A DNA stretch of 64,000 nucleotides from Candidatus Doudnabacteria bacterium RIFCSPHIGHO2_02_FULL_43_13b. GTDB taxonomy: Bacteria > Patescibacteriota > Doudnabacteria > UBA920 > O2-02-FULL-48-8. Under the pieces are notes generated by a model. It searched no databases. It saw only the letters and a program-made list of their open reading frames with translations, and was not told the origin of the DNA. This document shows positions 36,554-45,959 of this stretch, one piece after another. The position numbers and the translations under genes were made by a program. Numbering within the stretch: the first letter of the stretch is position 1; each line of letters opens with the position of its first letter. Location: contig MFER01000013.1 of NCBI GenBank assembly GCA_001777655.1, forward strand, positions 68,322 to 132,321, written 5' to 3'.

Positions 36554-37699
36554 TTATTGGGTTGAGGAAGGAGTTTCAGGGTTCGGAGTGGAGGGCTCGG
36601 TGACGGTTATTTTTTGGAACAGAGCAGGAGGGAGATAAGTGCTTTTGAAGGTTTGAGTAGTGGTTTGGTCATTCATAGTGACATGTCTAGTCCAGCTTGC
36701 TTTCATGGAGCCGTCTGGTTTTTGATCGAATTGGTATGGTCCTTCAAATACTACACTACGGTTATCTTTTGTGCCATAGAACTCAAAGTAGAGTTTACGA
36801 CCAACAATTTTGGTATGAATCAAAAAACTGCTCGGTAAGTTGTTAGTAAATTTTAAATCCAAGGCCCCCGGGTAGATCGTGGCATCGGAACCTTGTGGTG
36901 CGTAGTATTTTACGGCAAAAGAGTGATTCCGGCGAGCCGTAATCGGTAACCCCGCGTTCATCGCCGCTCGAAAAGCAGTGGTAGAGACTTGGCAGAGGCC
37001 TCCACCAAACTCTGGCACCAGGCCATCGGGTTTAATGACCAGCTCCGGCAAAAATCCGTGTTCCGCATCCACGTCGCCTAAAAATTTGTTGAAAGAAAAT
37101 TCTTCCAGGGGTTTAATAATCACTCCGTCGTATTTTTTTGAGCCGACGCTGATGTTATGAACCCGGTTAGCGGGAGAACCAGAGAAGTCCGACTCGCCTG
37201 CCGCCACTAATTCATTAATACCCAAGGTATTGGTTTGGGACAGTTTAATTTTTGGTTCTGAAATTAAAACCGGCAACCCAACAAGCAAGGCATCAGATTG
37301 CAAACTTTGGGCCAGAGAATAAATATCTAGGGCTTGTCCGTTTTGGCCTGGATTGAATTCTTCCGCCTTGCCGTTTTGCAAAATCAACTTGGCGTTTTCG
37401 GTTGATTGATTAATCTGGGCAGTTAAATCCTCGATTTGATTGATTGTGGCTGGGTCAAAAATTTTTCCTGGTTGTTCTAAATTTTTATCCAAAACTACCG
37501 AATTGATCAGACTAACTAGGGAAAAATCATTCCTAGTGTATGCTTGAGTAAGAAAATTAATACTATTAGTTTCAATTTCCCATTTTTTTTCACCAAAAAG
37601 TAAAGTTTTCCCAGAAACGATGGTAGGTAGGAGTAAAAGGGCAAGAACAATATTAAATTTTATGATTTTGGATCGTAACATTTCTGGTTTGGTTAGCAT
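36554..37699 (-). CDS. VanW-domain protein
   Basis: GGGLCQVSTTAFRAAMNAGLPITARRNHS matches the VanW core. Confidence 0.55.
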   Translation of the reverse strand: MLTKPEMLRSKIIKFNIVLALLLLPTIVSGKTLLFGEKKWEIETNSINFLTQAYTRNDFSLVSLINSVVLDKNLEQPGKIFDPATINQIEDLTAQINQSTENAKLILQNGKAEEFNPGQNGQALDIYSLAQSLQSDALLVGLPVLISEPKIKLSQTNTLGINELVAAGESDFSGSPANRVHNISVGSKKYDGVIIKPLEEFSFNKFLGDVDAEHGFLPELVIKPDGLVPEFGGGLCQVSTTAFRAAMNAGLPITARRNHSFAVKYYAPQGSDATIYPGALDLKFTNNLPSSFLIHTKIVGRKLYFEFYGTKDNRSVVFEGPYQFDQKPDGSMKASWTRHVTMNDQTTTQTFKSTYLPPALFQKITVTEPSTPNPETPSSTQ

Positions 37700-38081
37700 T
37701 GATTTTGATCGTGATGATTAGATCGCATCGGGTTTTTACTTTCGGAAAACGATCAACCCATTCGATCAGTACCACATTTTTTTCACCAAGAATTTCATCT
37801 AAACCCAAGACCGAAAGTTGGTCCAGTTTTTTCAGCCGATAAAAATCTAGATGAAATAAAACCCGGGAGTCGAACTTATATTGATGGATGACAACAAAAC
37901 TCGGACTGCTGATTTTTTGAATTCCCAAAGCCCGGGCAAAGGCTTTGACAAAGGTGGTTTTCCCAGCCCCCAAGGGGCCGATTAACCCAATCACATGGGC
38001 CTTTTTACGATACCTCATCCCTAGGCTTTTGCCTAGATTTTGAAATTGTTTTAGGCTTAAGTTTTTAAGCTTCATCGCCAT
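37653..38081 (-). CDS. tsaE: tRNA t6A biosynthesis ATPase TsaE
   Basis: LIGPLGAGKTTFVKAFARALGI P-loop. Confidence 0.8.
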   Translation of the reverse strand: MAMKLKNLSLKQFQNLGKSLGMRYRKKAHVIGLIGPLGAGKTTFVKAFARALGIQKISSPSFVVIHQYKFDSRVLFHLDFYRLKKLDQLSVLGLDEILGEKNVVLIEWVDRFPKVKTRCDLIITIKINANQTRNVTIQNHKI

Positions 38082-38082
38082 A

Positions 38083-38225
38083 CCCAGTATATCAACTTCG
38101 ATAAATGGTTTATTGGCTTTTGCATAAAATTAAAGTCTTTATTATAGATTTTTTGCTTAATCTATTATTATTAGTTTGATAATAAAACCATTTAGGGGCA
38201 AAAGCATCGAAGTTGTATTACTGGG
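38083..38225. mobile_element. MITE-like element A, copy 1 (about 143 bp, TIR CCCAGTATATCAACTTCGAT / ATCGAAGTTGTATTACTGGG)
   Basis: Near-identical inverted copy at 48128..48274. Terminal inverted repeats match at 18 of 20 positions. The element starts 1 nt from the tsaE start codon. Confidence 0.65.
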
Positions 38226-38282
38226 CTTATTTTAGCAGCTATTGACGACTTAGCCAAAACCAATTATAGTAATATGATTTAT

Positions 38283-38423
38283 GCCCGGTAGTAGAAATTT
38301 GATATTTATCCCGCGACTCGTGGGATAAATAAAAAACAACCGCGCGATAAAATTTCTTTGCTGGTTATAATAATCAAAGACAATTAGTAACTAATTTATT
38401 CTTTAATCAAATTTTCACTACCG
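38283..38423. mobile_element. MITE-like element B, copy 1 (TIR CCCGGTAGTAGAAATTTGAT / AAATTTTCACTACCGGG)
   Basis: Second copy at 47962..48057 with the same termini. It abuts the ATG at 38427 as ..CACTACCGGGTATG. Confidence 0.55.
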
Positions 38424-38426
38424 GGT

Positions 38427-39566
38427 ATGGAAATCACAGCTCAAATTACCTCAAAAATTTCACAGGCCGCCACAGTCTTGATTATTGTGGCAGGAGATAG
38501 CGGTGATAGCCTGGCCGCCGGTTTAGCATTGCAAGGATTTCTTAAAAAACTGGAGAAGGAAACCGCTGTTTTATCCTTCACCCCGAAATTGAACAAGCTA
38601 GATTTTTTGCAAGGATTTAGGGAGGCTCGGGAAGAGCTGGATGTGACCAAAAGTTTTGTCATTGACGTCTCAACCAAGCAGACGCAAATCGAGGAACTAA
38701 GTTATAAAAAAGAGGTTGATAAACTCTCGATTTTTATTAAACCTAAAAAAGGCCAATTCGAAAAAAATGACATTAGTTTCCGCAGTTCAAACTTTCCCTT
38801 CGATTTATTAATCATGATCGGGGTTGACTCGCTGGACCGTTTGGGGCAGCTTTATAATGAAAATACGGAATTATTTTTTGAAACCCCGATTTTAAATATC
38901 GATTTTAAGGCTACTAATGAAAATTTTGGGCAATATAATCTAGTGAATTTGACTGCCACTTCCAATTCGGAAATTGTGTTTGATTTAATCAACCACATTG
39001 AGGCTACCTTTATTGATGAAGCGATCGCGACTCAACTGTTAACCGGGATTATTTCCGAAACCGAAAGTTTCCAGCATGTTCGGACTACACCCCAAACTTT
39101 TCTCAAAGCTTCCCAGTTAGTCAGTTTAGGCGCCAACCAACAGGAAATTATCTCAAGGCTTTATAAGACGAAAAGTTTGGGGTTACTAAAGCTATGGGGC
39201 CGGGTTCTTGCTCGTCTGCAGCAGGCGCCAGAAATTTCTTTGGTTTATTCGTCAATTAATCAAACCGATCTAGAACGCTCACAGGCTTCGGAAGAAGACG
39301 TTCAGACTATTATCAAGGAAATGTCGATGCAGTTAGGGTTTGCCAAACTGTTTTTATTTTTTAAAGAAGACCAGTCCAACCAAACCTCTGTTTGGTGCCA
39401 CTCCACTCTGCCGGTTGATTTAAGACAAATTTTCGCCCAGTTTAAGCCCAAACTACTCGCTTACCAGACGACCTATTTTAGTTTGAACCAACCGTTATCT
39501 GAGGCGGAAAAACAAATCGTCTCGTTGCTAAAAAGTGACATTGCCAAATATAAATTGAACATGTAA
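38427..39566 (+). CDS. DHH/DHHA1-like phosphoesterase (NrnA-like), possibly degenerate active site
   Basis: NrnA-like architecture with VAGDSGDSLAAGLAL in place of HxNPDGDAxGS and NHI in place of DHH. Confidence 0.4.
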   Translation: MEITAQITSKISQAATVLIIVAGDSGDSLAAGLALQGFLKKLEKETAVLSFTPKLNKLDFLQGFREAREELDVTKSFVIDVSTKQTQIEELSYKKEVDKLSIFIKPKKGQFEKNDISFRSSNFPFDLLIMIGVDSLDRLGQLYNENTELFFETPILNIDFKATNENFGQYNLVNLTATSNSEIVFDLINHIEATFIDEAIATQLLTGIISETESFQHVRTTPQTFLKASQLVSLGANQQEIISRLYKTKSLGLLKLWGRVLARLQQAPEISLVYSSINQTDLERSQASEEDVQTIIKEMSMQLGFAKLFLFFKEDQSNQTSVWCHSTLPVDLRQIFAQFKPKLLAYQTTYFSLNQPLSEAEKQIVSLLKSDIAKYKLNM

Positions 39567-39612
39567 ACATCCCGCCAATGGCGGGGTGTTTTTTTCGTGA
39601 TATACTAAAATC

Positions 39613-41253
39613 ATGTCCAACCAAGCCGATAAAGCGATGCGGCTAAAGCAGGTTTACTCTGAGCTTAATCGCAAGTTTGAAGAAGAAGAAACTCAAAGGC
39701 AAGCGCTAAAACTTAACCTTCCCTATATTAATTTATATGGTTATCCGACCGATACCCAGGCTTTAAACGTGCTGTCGAAAGAAGACGCCCAAACGCATGA
39801 CGCCGCGGTATTTTTCCGCGAAGGGCGAGTTTTAAAATTAGGGGTAGTCAAACCTTCCCCGAGCCACCAGCAATTAATTAAGGAATTAAAAGAGCTAGAC
39901 TATACCGCTGAAATATACCTAATTTCCCACAGCAGTTTGCAACACCTTTTTGGTGGTTATAATGTGCTGCTATCGACGAAACAGAGATCCTCAGAAATTA
40001 AATTGATCAGCAGCGACCCGCGGTTTAAAGCTGCTTCGATTAAAGAATTTGGTCAGCAATTATCGAAAGTTTCGGCCACGGAACTGATCGATGTGCTTTT
40101 GGGATCGGCCTTAGATTTAGATTCCTCGGATATTCATGTTGAACCAGAAGGCGCCGATTTGAAAATTCGATTTCGCATAGACGGGGTGTTACAAGACGTC
40201 GCCGCTCTTTCGTTGGATACTCACCATCAAATGGTTTCCCGAATCAAAATTTTATCCAAGATGAAACTGAATATAACAACCACTCCACAAGACGGCAGTT
40301 TCGGCCTGACTTTTAATCAATCGCAAGTGGATGTCAGGGTTTCGGTCCTCCCATCGGCTTACGGCGAATCTATCGTGATGCGGATACTGCGACAGGACAA
40401 GGGTTCATTGCAGTTTGAGGAGTTGGGGATTGTCGGATTGGCCCGCGAGCGGATTTTGAAAGAAATTGAAAAACCTAACGGCATGATTTTAACCACCGGG
40501 CCGACCGGTAGCGGCAAAACTACGACTCTCTACGCAATTTTGAAACGTCTCAACGAACCAGGGATTAAGATCATCACTTTGGAAGATCCCGTGGAATATA
40601 AGATCGAAGGGATTACCCAAACCCCGATAGATACTCGCGCTGGCATGACTTTTGCTTCGGGCCTGCGAGCCATTTTTCGACAAGATCCGGATATTATCAT
40701 GGTTGGAGAAATGCGCGATTTAGAAACTGCTGAAACCGCCTGCCAAGTCGCTTTGACCGGACACATCGTTTTGTCGACCCTCCATACCAATGATGCGCCG
40801 TCCGCGATCCCGCGGTTGTTAGATTTGGGCGTTAAACCATTTGTGCTCGCTCCCGCCATCAATGCGATCATCGCCCAGCGATTAGTGCGGAAAATTTGCA
40901 CCGCTTGCAAGGAAAGTTATAAACCGTCAGGAAGATTGCAAGAACGCGTGGAAATGATTTTGAAAGCAGTGCCCAAATCTGCTCAAGCCGACATCCCTTC
41001 AAAACTTAACTTCTACCACAGCCCGGGTTGTAGCGTATGCAAAGGTTTGGGGTATAGGGGGCGAATGGGTGTTTATGAAGCCTTTAATATTAGCGATGAG
41101 ATTGAAAAAATGATTACTCGAGGCGCTACGACTACGGAAATTCGCAACCAAGCCATCAGTGAGGGCATGTTAACTATGGCCCAGGATGGGCTATTAAAGG
41201 CCTTGCAAGGGATCACAGACGTGGAAGAAGTATTTCGGGTGACCGAAGAGTAA
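39613..41253 (+). CDS. pilB: Type IV pilus / type II secretion assembly ATPase (PilB/GspE family)
   Basis: ILTTGPTGSGKTTTLYA Walker A, Asp and His boxes, tetracysteine motif. Confidence 0.85.
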   Translation: MSNQADKAMRLKQVYSELNRKFEEEETQRQALKLNLPYINLYGYPTDTQALNVLSKEDAQTHDAAVFFREGRVLKLGVVKPSPSHQQLIKELKELDYTAEIYLISHSSLQHLFGGYNVLLSTKQRSSEIKLISSDPRFKAASIKEFGQQLSKVSATELIDVLLGSALDLDSSDIHVEPEGADLKIRFRIDGVLQDVAALSLDTHHQMVSRIKILSKMKLNITTTPQDGSFGLTFNQSQVDVRVSVLPSAYGESIVMRILRQDKGSLQFEELGIVGLARERILKEIEKPNGMILTTGPTGSGKTTTLYAILKRLNEPGIKIITLEDPVEYKIEGITQTPIDTRAGMTFASGLRAIFRQDPDIIMVGEMRDLETAETACQVALTGHIVLSTLHTNDAPSAIPRLLDLGVKPFVLAPAINAIIAQRLVRKICTACKESYKPSGRLQERVEMILKAVPKSAQADIPSKLNFYHSPGCSVCKGLGYRGRMGVYEAFNISDEIEKMITRGATTTEIRNQAISEGMLTMAQDGLLKALQGITDVEEVFRVTEE

Positions 41254-41431
41254 TAGGAGTGAGACGATTATTAATTTTTCTATAATTATCTTTTACTATC
41301 ATTTTTTGACCGGTCGGACAAAATTTGAGAGTAATCATTTCATCCATTTTTCAATCTCCTGATCTGACTTCACCCAAGCTTGGTCGGACAAGCAGGCGTT
41401 TTTTTGATATGATAATTGTATCGATACTTCT

Positions 41432-43741
41432 ATGGAATTTAAGCAAAAACTCCTTTTAATTGATGGGCATGCGCTGTTTCATCGCGCTTATCACGCCTTG
41501 CCCAATATGACTGGGCCGGGCGGGTTTCCGACTGGCGCGATTTTCGGCTTTTTGTCCATGTTATTTAAAGCTTTGGTGGACATCAAACCGACCCATGCTT
41601 TGGTAACCTTTGACGTGCCTGGCAAAACTTTCCGCGATGAAATGGCGGCAGATTACAAAGCGCACCGCAAGGCGCCGGATGAACAGATGGTGATCCAACT
41701 CCCCAAGCTCAAAGAAATTTTGGCCGCGCTTGATATTCCAATTTATGAAAAAGAAGGATTTGAAGCCGATGATCTGCTCGGCATTATCTGTCACAAAACT
41801 TTAAAAGATGTCTTGAATATTATTGTCACTGGCGATTTGGATTTGTTGCAGCTAATCGATAATCATACCCATGTTTATCGGTTCAAAATTGGCTTTTCGG
41901 ATATCCAAATTTTCGATGCGGATAAAATGGTGGAAACTTTCGGGCTGCACCCGTCACAATGGGTGGATTACAAAGCCATCCGCGGGGATACTTCGGATAA
42001 CATTCCCGGTGTGCCAGGCATTGGTGAGAAAGGGGGCCTGGAATTGATTAAACAATTCGGATCTCTGGACGGCGTGTATGAAGCCGTAAATCAAGGAGCA
42101 GGCTCCGACGCTTCGGTCGGAGCAGGCAAAATCAAACCCGGGACCTTGAAAAAATTGATGGCTGGCAAAGATAAGGCATATTTATCTCAAAAATTAGCGC
42201 ACATTGACCAAACCAACCATCTGGATTTTGATTTTGAAGACACATTGCTTGATAAATATGATCAGGAAAAAACCAAAGAGTTATTGCATACGCTCGGAAT
42301 CAAAGCTTTGGATTCGAGACTGCCAGGGCTTAAGCAAGTTGAAAGTAAACAGGAAGCAGGAAGCAGTAAGCAGAGTGGTAAATCAAATAAATCTAATAAT
42401 CTAATCAAATCTGAAGCCCAAGCCCAAATCGCGGCATATCTTCTCGATCCCGGTCGGCGAAGTTATGATACGAGTAACTGGGACGAACTAGCTAAACAAC
42501 TGAGCGAACAGAAAAAACTTCTCGAACTTTATCAAGAGATTGAACTGCCGCTGATGCCAGTGCTTGAAAAAATGCAACAGCGCGGCGTCAAGGTGGATTT
42601 GCCTTGGCTGAAATCGTTAAGCGTGAAGCTTGAAGCGCGAATTGCAACTTTAACGAAACTGATTTACAAAGAAGCGAACATGGAATTCAATATCGCTTCC
42701 CCGATTCAACTGCGCGAAGTGCTGTTTGAGAAACTTAAGATTCCGACAGAGAATATTCGCAAAACCGGCAAAACCAAAGCGCTTTCCACGGGTGCGGAAC
42801 AGTTGGAAAAATTGCGCGGCCTGCACCCGATCATTGAATTAATCTTCGAGTATCGAGAACTGGCGAAACTCAAATCTACCTACATTGATGCGTTGCCGGA
42901 GTTAGTCGGACCAGATGACCGGATTCATACAACCTATAGCCAAACGATCTCGGCGCATGGGCGGCTGTCCTCGGTTAATCCCAATCTGCAGAATATTCCC
43001 ATCAAAACCGAACTGGGCAATAAAGTGCGCAAGGCTTTTATCGCTGATCCTGGCCAGGTCTTGTTGTCTTTGGATTATTCGCAGATTGAATTGCGCATAG
43101 CCGCGTCGTTGTCAGGGGACGCGGAGATGATTAAGATTTTTGACAAAGGCGAAGATTTTCATAGCGCCACGGCGGCGAGAATTTTCGGCGTGAAGGAGTC
43201 GGAAGTTACCCCGAAGCAACGACGCGATGCCAAAACCATTAATTTCAGCATTCTTTATGGGGTGTCAGCCTTCGGTTTATCCGAACGATCGGAAATGGAG
43301 CGGGCGGAAGCGGCCGACTATATCAAAAAATACTATGAAGCTTTTCCGCAATTGAAAGCCTATATCATGGGCCTAATTCAACTGGCCCACCAAGACGGCT
43401 TTATGACCAACCCGTTGGGTCGGATCCGTTATTTTCCGGAAATTCATGATTCGAAGTTCGCGGTTCGCACCGCGGCCGAGCGCTCGGCTGTGAATATGCC
43501 CATGCAATCGCTGGCTGCGGATATTATTAAAATGGCCATGATTGAGATTGATCAGAAATTGCCGGATCTAAAAATGCTCTTGAGTGTGCATGATGAATTA
43601 GTTTTTGAAGTAAAAGAAGGCGAGGAGAAAATTTGGGCGGCCAAAATTAAGCCGATCATGGAATCCGTCTATCAATTAAAAGTGCCAGTGATGGTGGAGG
43701 CCAAATTCGGCAAAAATTGGGCGGAGATGAAAAAGATATGA
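41432..43741 (+). CDS. polA: DNA polymerase I (5'-3' exonuclease plus polymerase; proofreading domain apparently reduced)
   Basis: N-terminal FEN-like domain and C-terminal Pol A motifs (DYSQIELR, KTINFSILYG, SVHDELVFE). Confidence 0.9.
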   Translation: MEFKQKLLLIDGHALFHRAYHALPNMTGPGGFPTGAIFGFLSMLFKALVDIKPTHALVTFDVPGKTFRDEMAADYKAHRKAPDEQMVIQLPKLKEILAALDIPIYEKEGFEADDLLGIICHKTLKDVLNIIVTGDLDLLQLIDNHTHVYRFKIGFSDIQIFDADKMVETFGLHPSQWVDYKAIRGDTSDNIPGVPGIGEKGGLELIKQFGSLDGVYEAVNQGAGSDASVGAGKIKPGTLKKLMAGKDKAYLSQKLAHIDQTNHLDFDFEDTLLDKYDQEKTKELLHTLGIKALDSRLPGLKQVESKQEAGSSKQSGKSNKSNNLIKSEAQAQIAAYLLDPGRRSYDTSNWDELAKQLSEQKKLLELYQEIELPLMPVLEKMQQRGVKVDLPWLKSLSVKLEARIATLTKLIYKEANMEFNIASPIQLREVLFEKLKIPTENIRKTGKTKALSTGAEQLEKLRGLHPIIELIFEYRELAKLKSTYIDALPELVGPDDRIHTTYSQTISAHGRLSSVNPNLQNIPIKTELGNKVRKAFIADPGQVLLSLDYSQIELRIAASLSGDAEMIKIFDKGEDFHSATAARIFGVKESEVTPKQRRDAKTINFSILYGVSAFGLSERSEMERAEAADYIKKYYEAFPQLKAYIMGLIQLAHQDGFMTNPLGRIRYFPEIHDSKFAVRTAAERSAVNMPMQSLAADIIKMAMIEIDQKLPDLKMLLSVHDELVFEVKEGEEKIWAAKIKPIMESVYQLKVPVMVEAKFGKNWAEMKKI

Positions 43742-44385
43742 GTGAAATTAAAGCTGTAATTTTTGATATCGATAATACCTTGACCAAGAAAAATTCTTGG
43801 TGGATGATTGCTGAAGCTATGGGCATGACCATAGCAGAAGATTTGGAAATTTATGAATTATCCAAAAGGGAGAAGGTTTCTCCAAGAGAGGTGGATAAGC
43901 AACTTTTGACTTTGTGGCAAAGGAAAGGATTGGCAACCAAGAGTAATTTTGAAAAAACATTCAGAGAAATGGAGCTAAGAGATGGCGTGCTTGATTTGAT
44001 AAAGTAATTGAAGCAAAAGAGTATAAAAGTTTGTTTAATTACTGGATCGATGGGACCTTTCGCTAAAATTATCGCCGAACGAGTCGCTGCCGATGATTTC
44101 TATTTCAATACGCCTCTTAGCTATGACGAGCAGGGGAATATTACGGATTTAGTATATGAAAAAGATCAAGCGGGACATAAACTTAAGCAATTCACGGAAT
44201 TTTGTCAGAAGTATGGATTTAAACCCGAAGATTGTGTAGTAGTCGGAGATAGCGAAAATGATCTTTTGCTTTTCCTAGAAACCAAGAAAGGTATCGCGAT
44301 TCGGACTGAAGCAGAAGATAAAATTTTGGAGCCTGTCGCTTGGAAAATCATTAATAATTTAGCAGAAATAAAAAATATTTTATGA
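43717..44385 (+). pseudogene. HAD-superfamily hydrolase interrupted by a single in-frame TAA at 44005..44007
   Basis: IFDIDNTL (HAD motif I) sits in the first part and VVGDSENDL (motif IV) in the second; both ORFs share one reading frame. Confidence 0.5.
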
Positions 44386-44879
44386 AACTTATAGAAACGC
44401 CCCTGGGAACGCCTGAGCAATTTAATGTTGTGATTGAAATTCCGAAGGGATCAGAAAATAAAATTGAATATGATGAGATAAAGGACGAAATGTTTGTAGA
44501 TTTTATTTTTACTGGTGGGTTTAAATTCCTATTCAATTATGGTTTTATTTCGAAGACCAAAACTGGCGACGGGGATACCTTGGACGCTATTGTTTTAGGA
44601 CCGAACCCGATTGCTTCGGGGACAGTAGTTTTATGTCGACCCGTGGGGATTATGCGGCAGTTGGATCGGGGGCAAGTGGATAATAAAATTATTGCAGTGC
44701 CAGTAAATGAACCAGAAACTATCTCGATTCAATCAATTCAAGACGTCCCCCAAGGAGAAATTCAAGCCTTTATAGAATTTTATGCCGAAGTGGCTCGGCA
44801 AAAACAGAAAACCATCGAAGTCACTGGTTTTGAAGATAAGGCGAGCGCGATCGAGGAAATAAAAAAAGCAATGATATGA
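44382..44879 (+). CDS. ppa: Inorganic pyrophosphatase (family I)
   Basis: EIPKGS..KIEYD..DGDTLDAIVL signature. Confidence 0.85.
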   Translation: MKLIETPLGTPEQFNVVIEIPKGSENKIEYDEIKDEMFVDFIFTGGFKFLFNYGFISKTKTGDGDTLDAIVLGPNPIASGTVVLCRPVGIMRQLDRGQVDNKIIAVPVNEPETISIQSIQDVPQGEIQAFIEFYAEVARQKQKTIEVTGFEDKASAIEEIKKAMI

Positions 44880-44916
44880 TATACAATGCGAATACGCGAA
44901 TACGCGAATACCATAA

Positions 44917-45011
44917 CCCATCCCCGAGGCGAGGATTAGCCAAGTGATCGGGGATCTAAATAAAGCCAACTAAGATCCCCGCTCAACTTTAGGAATACTT
45001 AGCGGGGATGG
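44917..45011. repeat. Palindromic repeat family 2 copy (intergenic), preceded by the tandem CGAATACG x3
   Basis: Shares CCATCCCCG..GGGGATCTAAATAAAGC..AAGATCCCCG..CGGGGATGG with the in-frame copy at 863..942. Confidence 0.7.
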
Positions 45012-45046
45012 TAAAAAAGCCCCGATTGTCGAGGCCTTTATGTTTC

Positions 45047-45301
45047 TTATTTCAACTTCGCAACCATCCGGCTTAGTCTGGATTTTTTGCGAGAAGCGTT
45101 ATTCTTATGAATAATGTTTTTCTTGGCAGCTTTATCCAGGGCAGCAAACGCGGCAGTTAGGGCTTTCGTCCCATCAGCCTTGGTCGCGGCCTTGTGGACC
45201 TGCTTGATGGCTTTGCGAATGGTTTCTAAAGCCTTAAGGTTAGTGACTCGGCGTTTCAGATTTTGCCGGACAGCCTTCATGGCGGATTTAGTGTTGGGCA
45301 T
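45047..45301 (-). CDS. rpsT: 30S ribosomal protein S20
   Basis: MPNTKSAMKAVRQNLKRR.. basic helical protein. Confidence 0.85.
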   Translation of the reverse strand: MPNTKSAMKAVRQNLKRRVTNLKALETIRKAIKQVHKAATKADGTKALTAAFAALDKAAKKNIIHKNNASRKKSRLSRMVAKLK

Positions 45302-45386
45302 GTTTCAAAGTAAAAGGTTAAAAGTAAAAAGTCAAAATTTGATTAGCCAAACAATGATAACAAAATTGCCTAAAAAAGACAAGGGT

Positions 45387-45656
45387 TTAATATGTTTTTG
45401 AAGTTCGCCGTTCGAGACGGAAGACTAAAATTATTTTTAGATCAATTAGAATTTTGTAGAAAATACGGTAGTTGCCGACTCTTCGGCGCCAAGTATGATC
45501 TTGGCCTTTCATTTTTTGGACATCACCGAAATAGGGATTAGTTGGCAAGAGTTTAATGACTGCTAAAATCGCCTCGGTATCGTGTTGAGGGATATTTTTT
45601 AACGCTTTGAAAACATCCGGGTCAATTCTTAAGTCCCAATTTTCTGATAGTGTCAT
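45387..45656 (-). CDS. RelE/ParE-family type II toxin
   Basis: WRRRVGNYRIFYKI..VFRLERR pattern; overlaps the upstream antitoxin gene. Confidence 0.65.
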   Translation of the reverse strand: MTLSENWDLRIDPDVFKALKNIPQHDTEAILAVIKLLPTNPYFGDVQKMKGQDHTWRRRVGNYRIFYKILIDLKIILVFRLERRTSKTY

Positions 45657-45900
45657 GGTAACTTAAGGATTTACCGTGTTCCAAATTTTGTTCGGCCTTA
45701 ATCAAGGCTTTTTTTTGAGCGGCAGTGGCAACAAATAGTTTCGGATCAGTTATTTCTTCCCAAATTTCCTCCTCGACGGGAGACACCCTAAAGATTGGTT
45801 CAGACCGTTTCATAACCACGACCGAATTACCATGTTTGACGTGTTTGATCCAGACGTCGACATTATTTCGAAATTCTTTTAGGCCCACAATATTTTTCAT
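45622..45900 (-). CDS. Phd/YefM-type antitoxin
   Basis: Small acidic protein immediately upstream of the RelE-like gene with a 35-bp overlap. Confidence 0.55.
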   Translation of the reverse strand: MKNIVGLKEFRNNVDVWIKHVKHGNSVVVMKRSEPIFRVSPVEEEIWEEITDPKLFVATAAQKKALIKAEQNLEHGKSLSYHDTIRKLGLKN

Positions 45901-45959
45901 GTTTATTAAGTTAATTAAAGTTCAACTTAAGTTTATCTTAAGATAAACCTTATGTCAAG

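Noticed and set aside
44886-44912. CGAATACG x3 tandem as a CRISPR-like array
   Set aside because: Only three 8-bp units, no spacers and no cas genes; a simple microsatellite beside a palindromic repeat.
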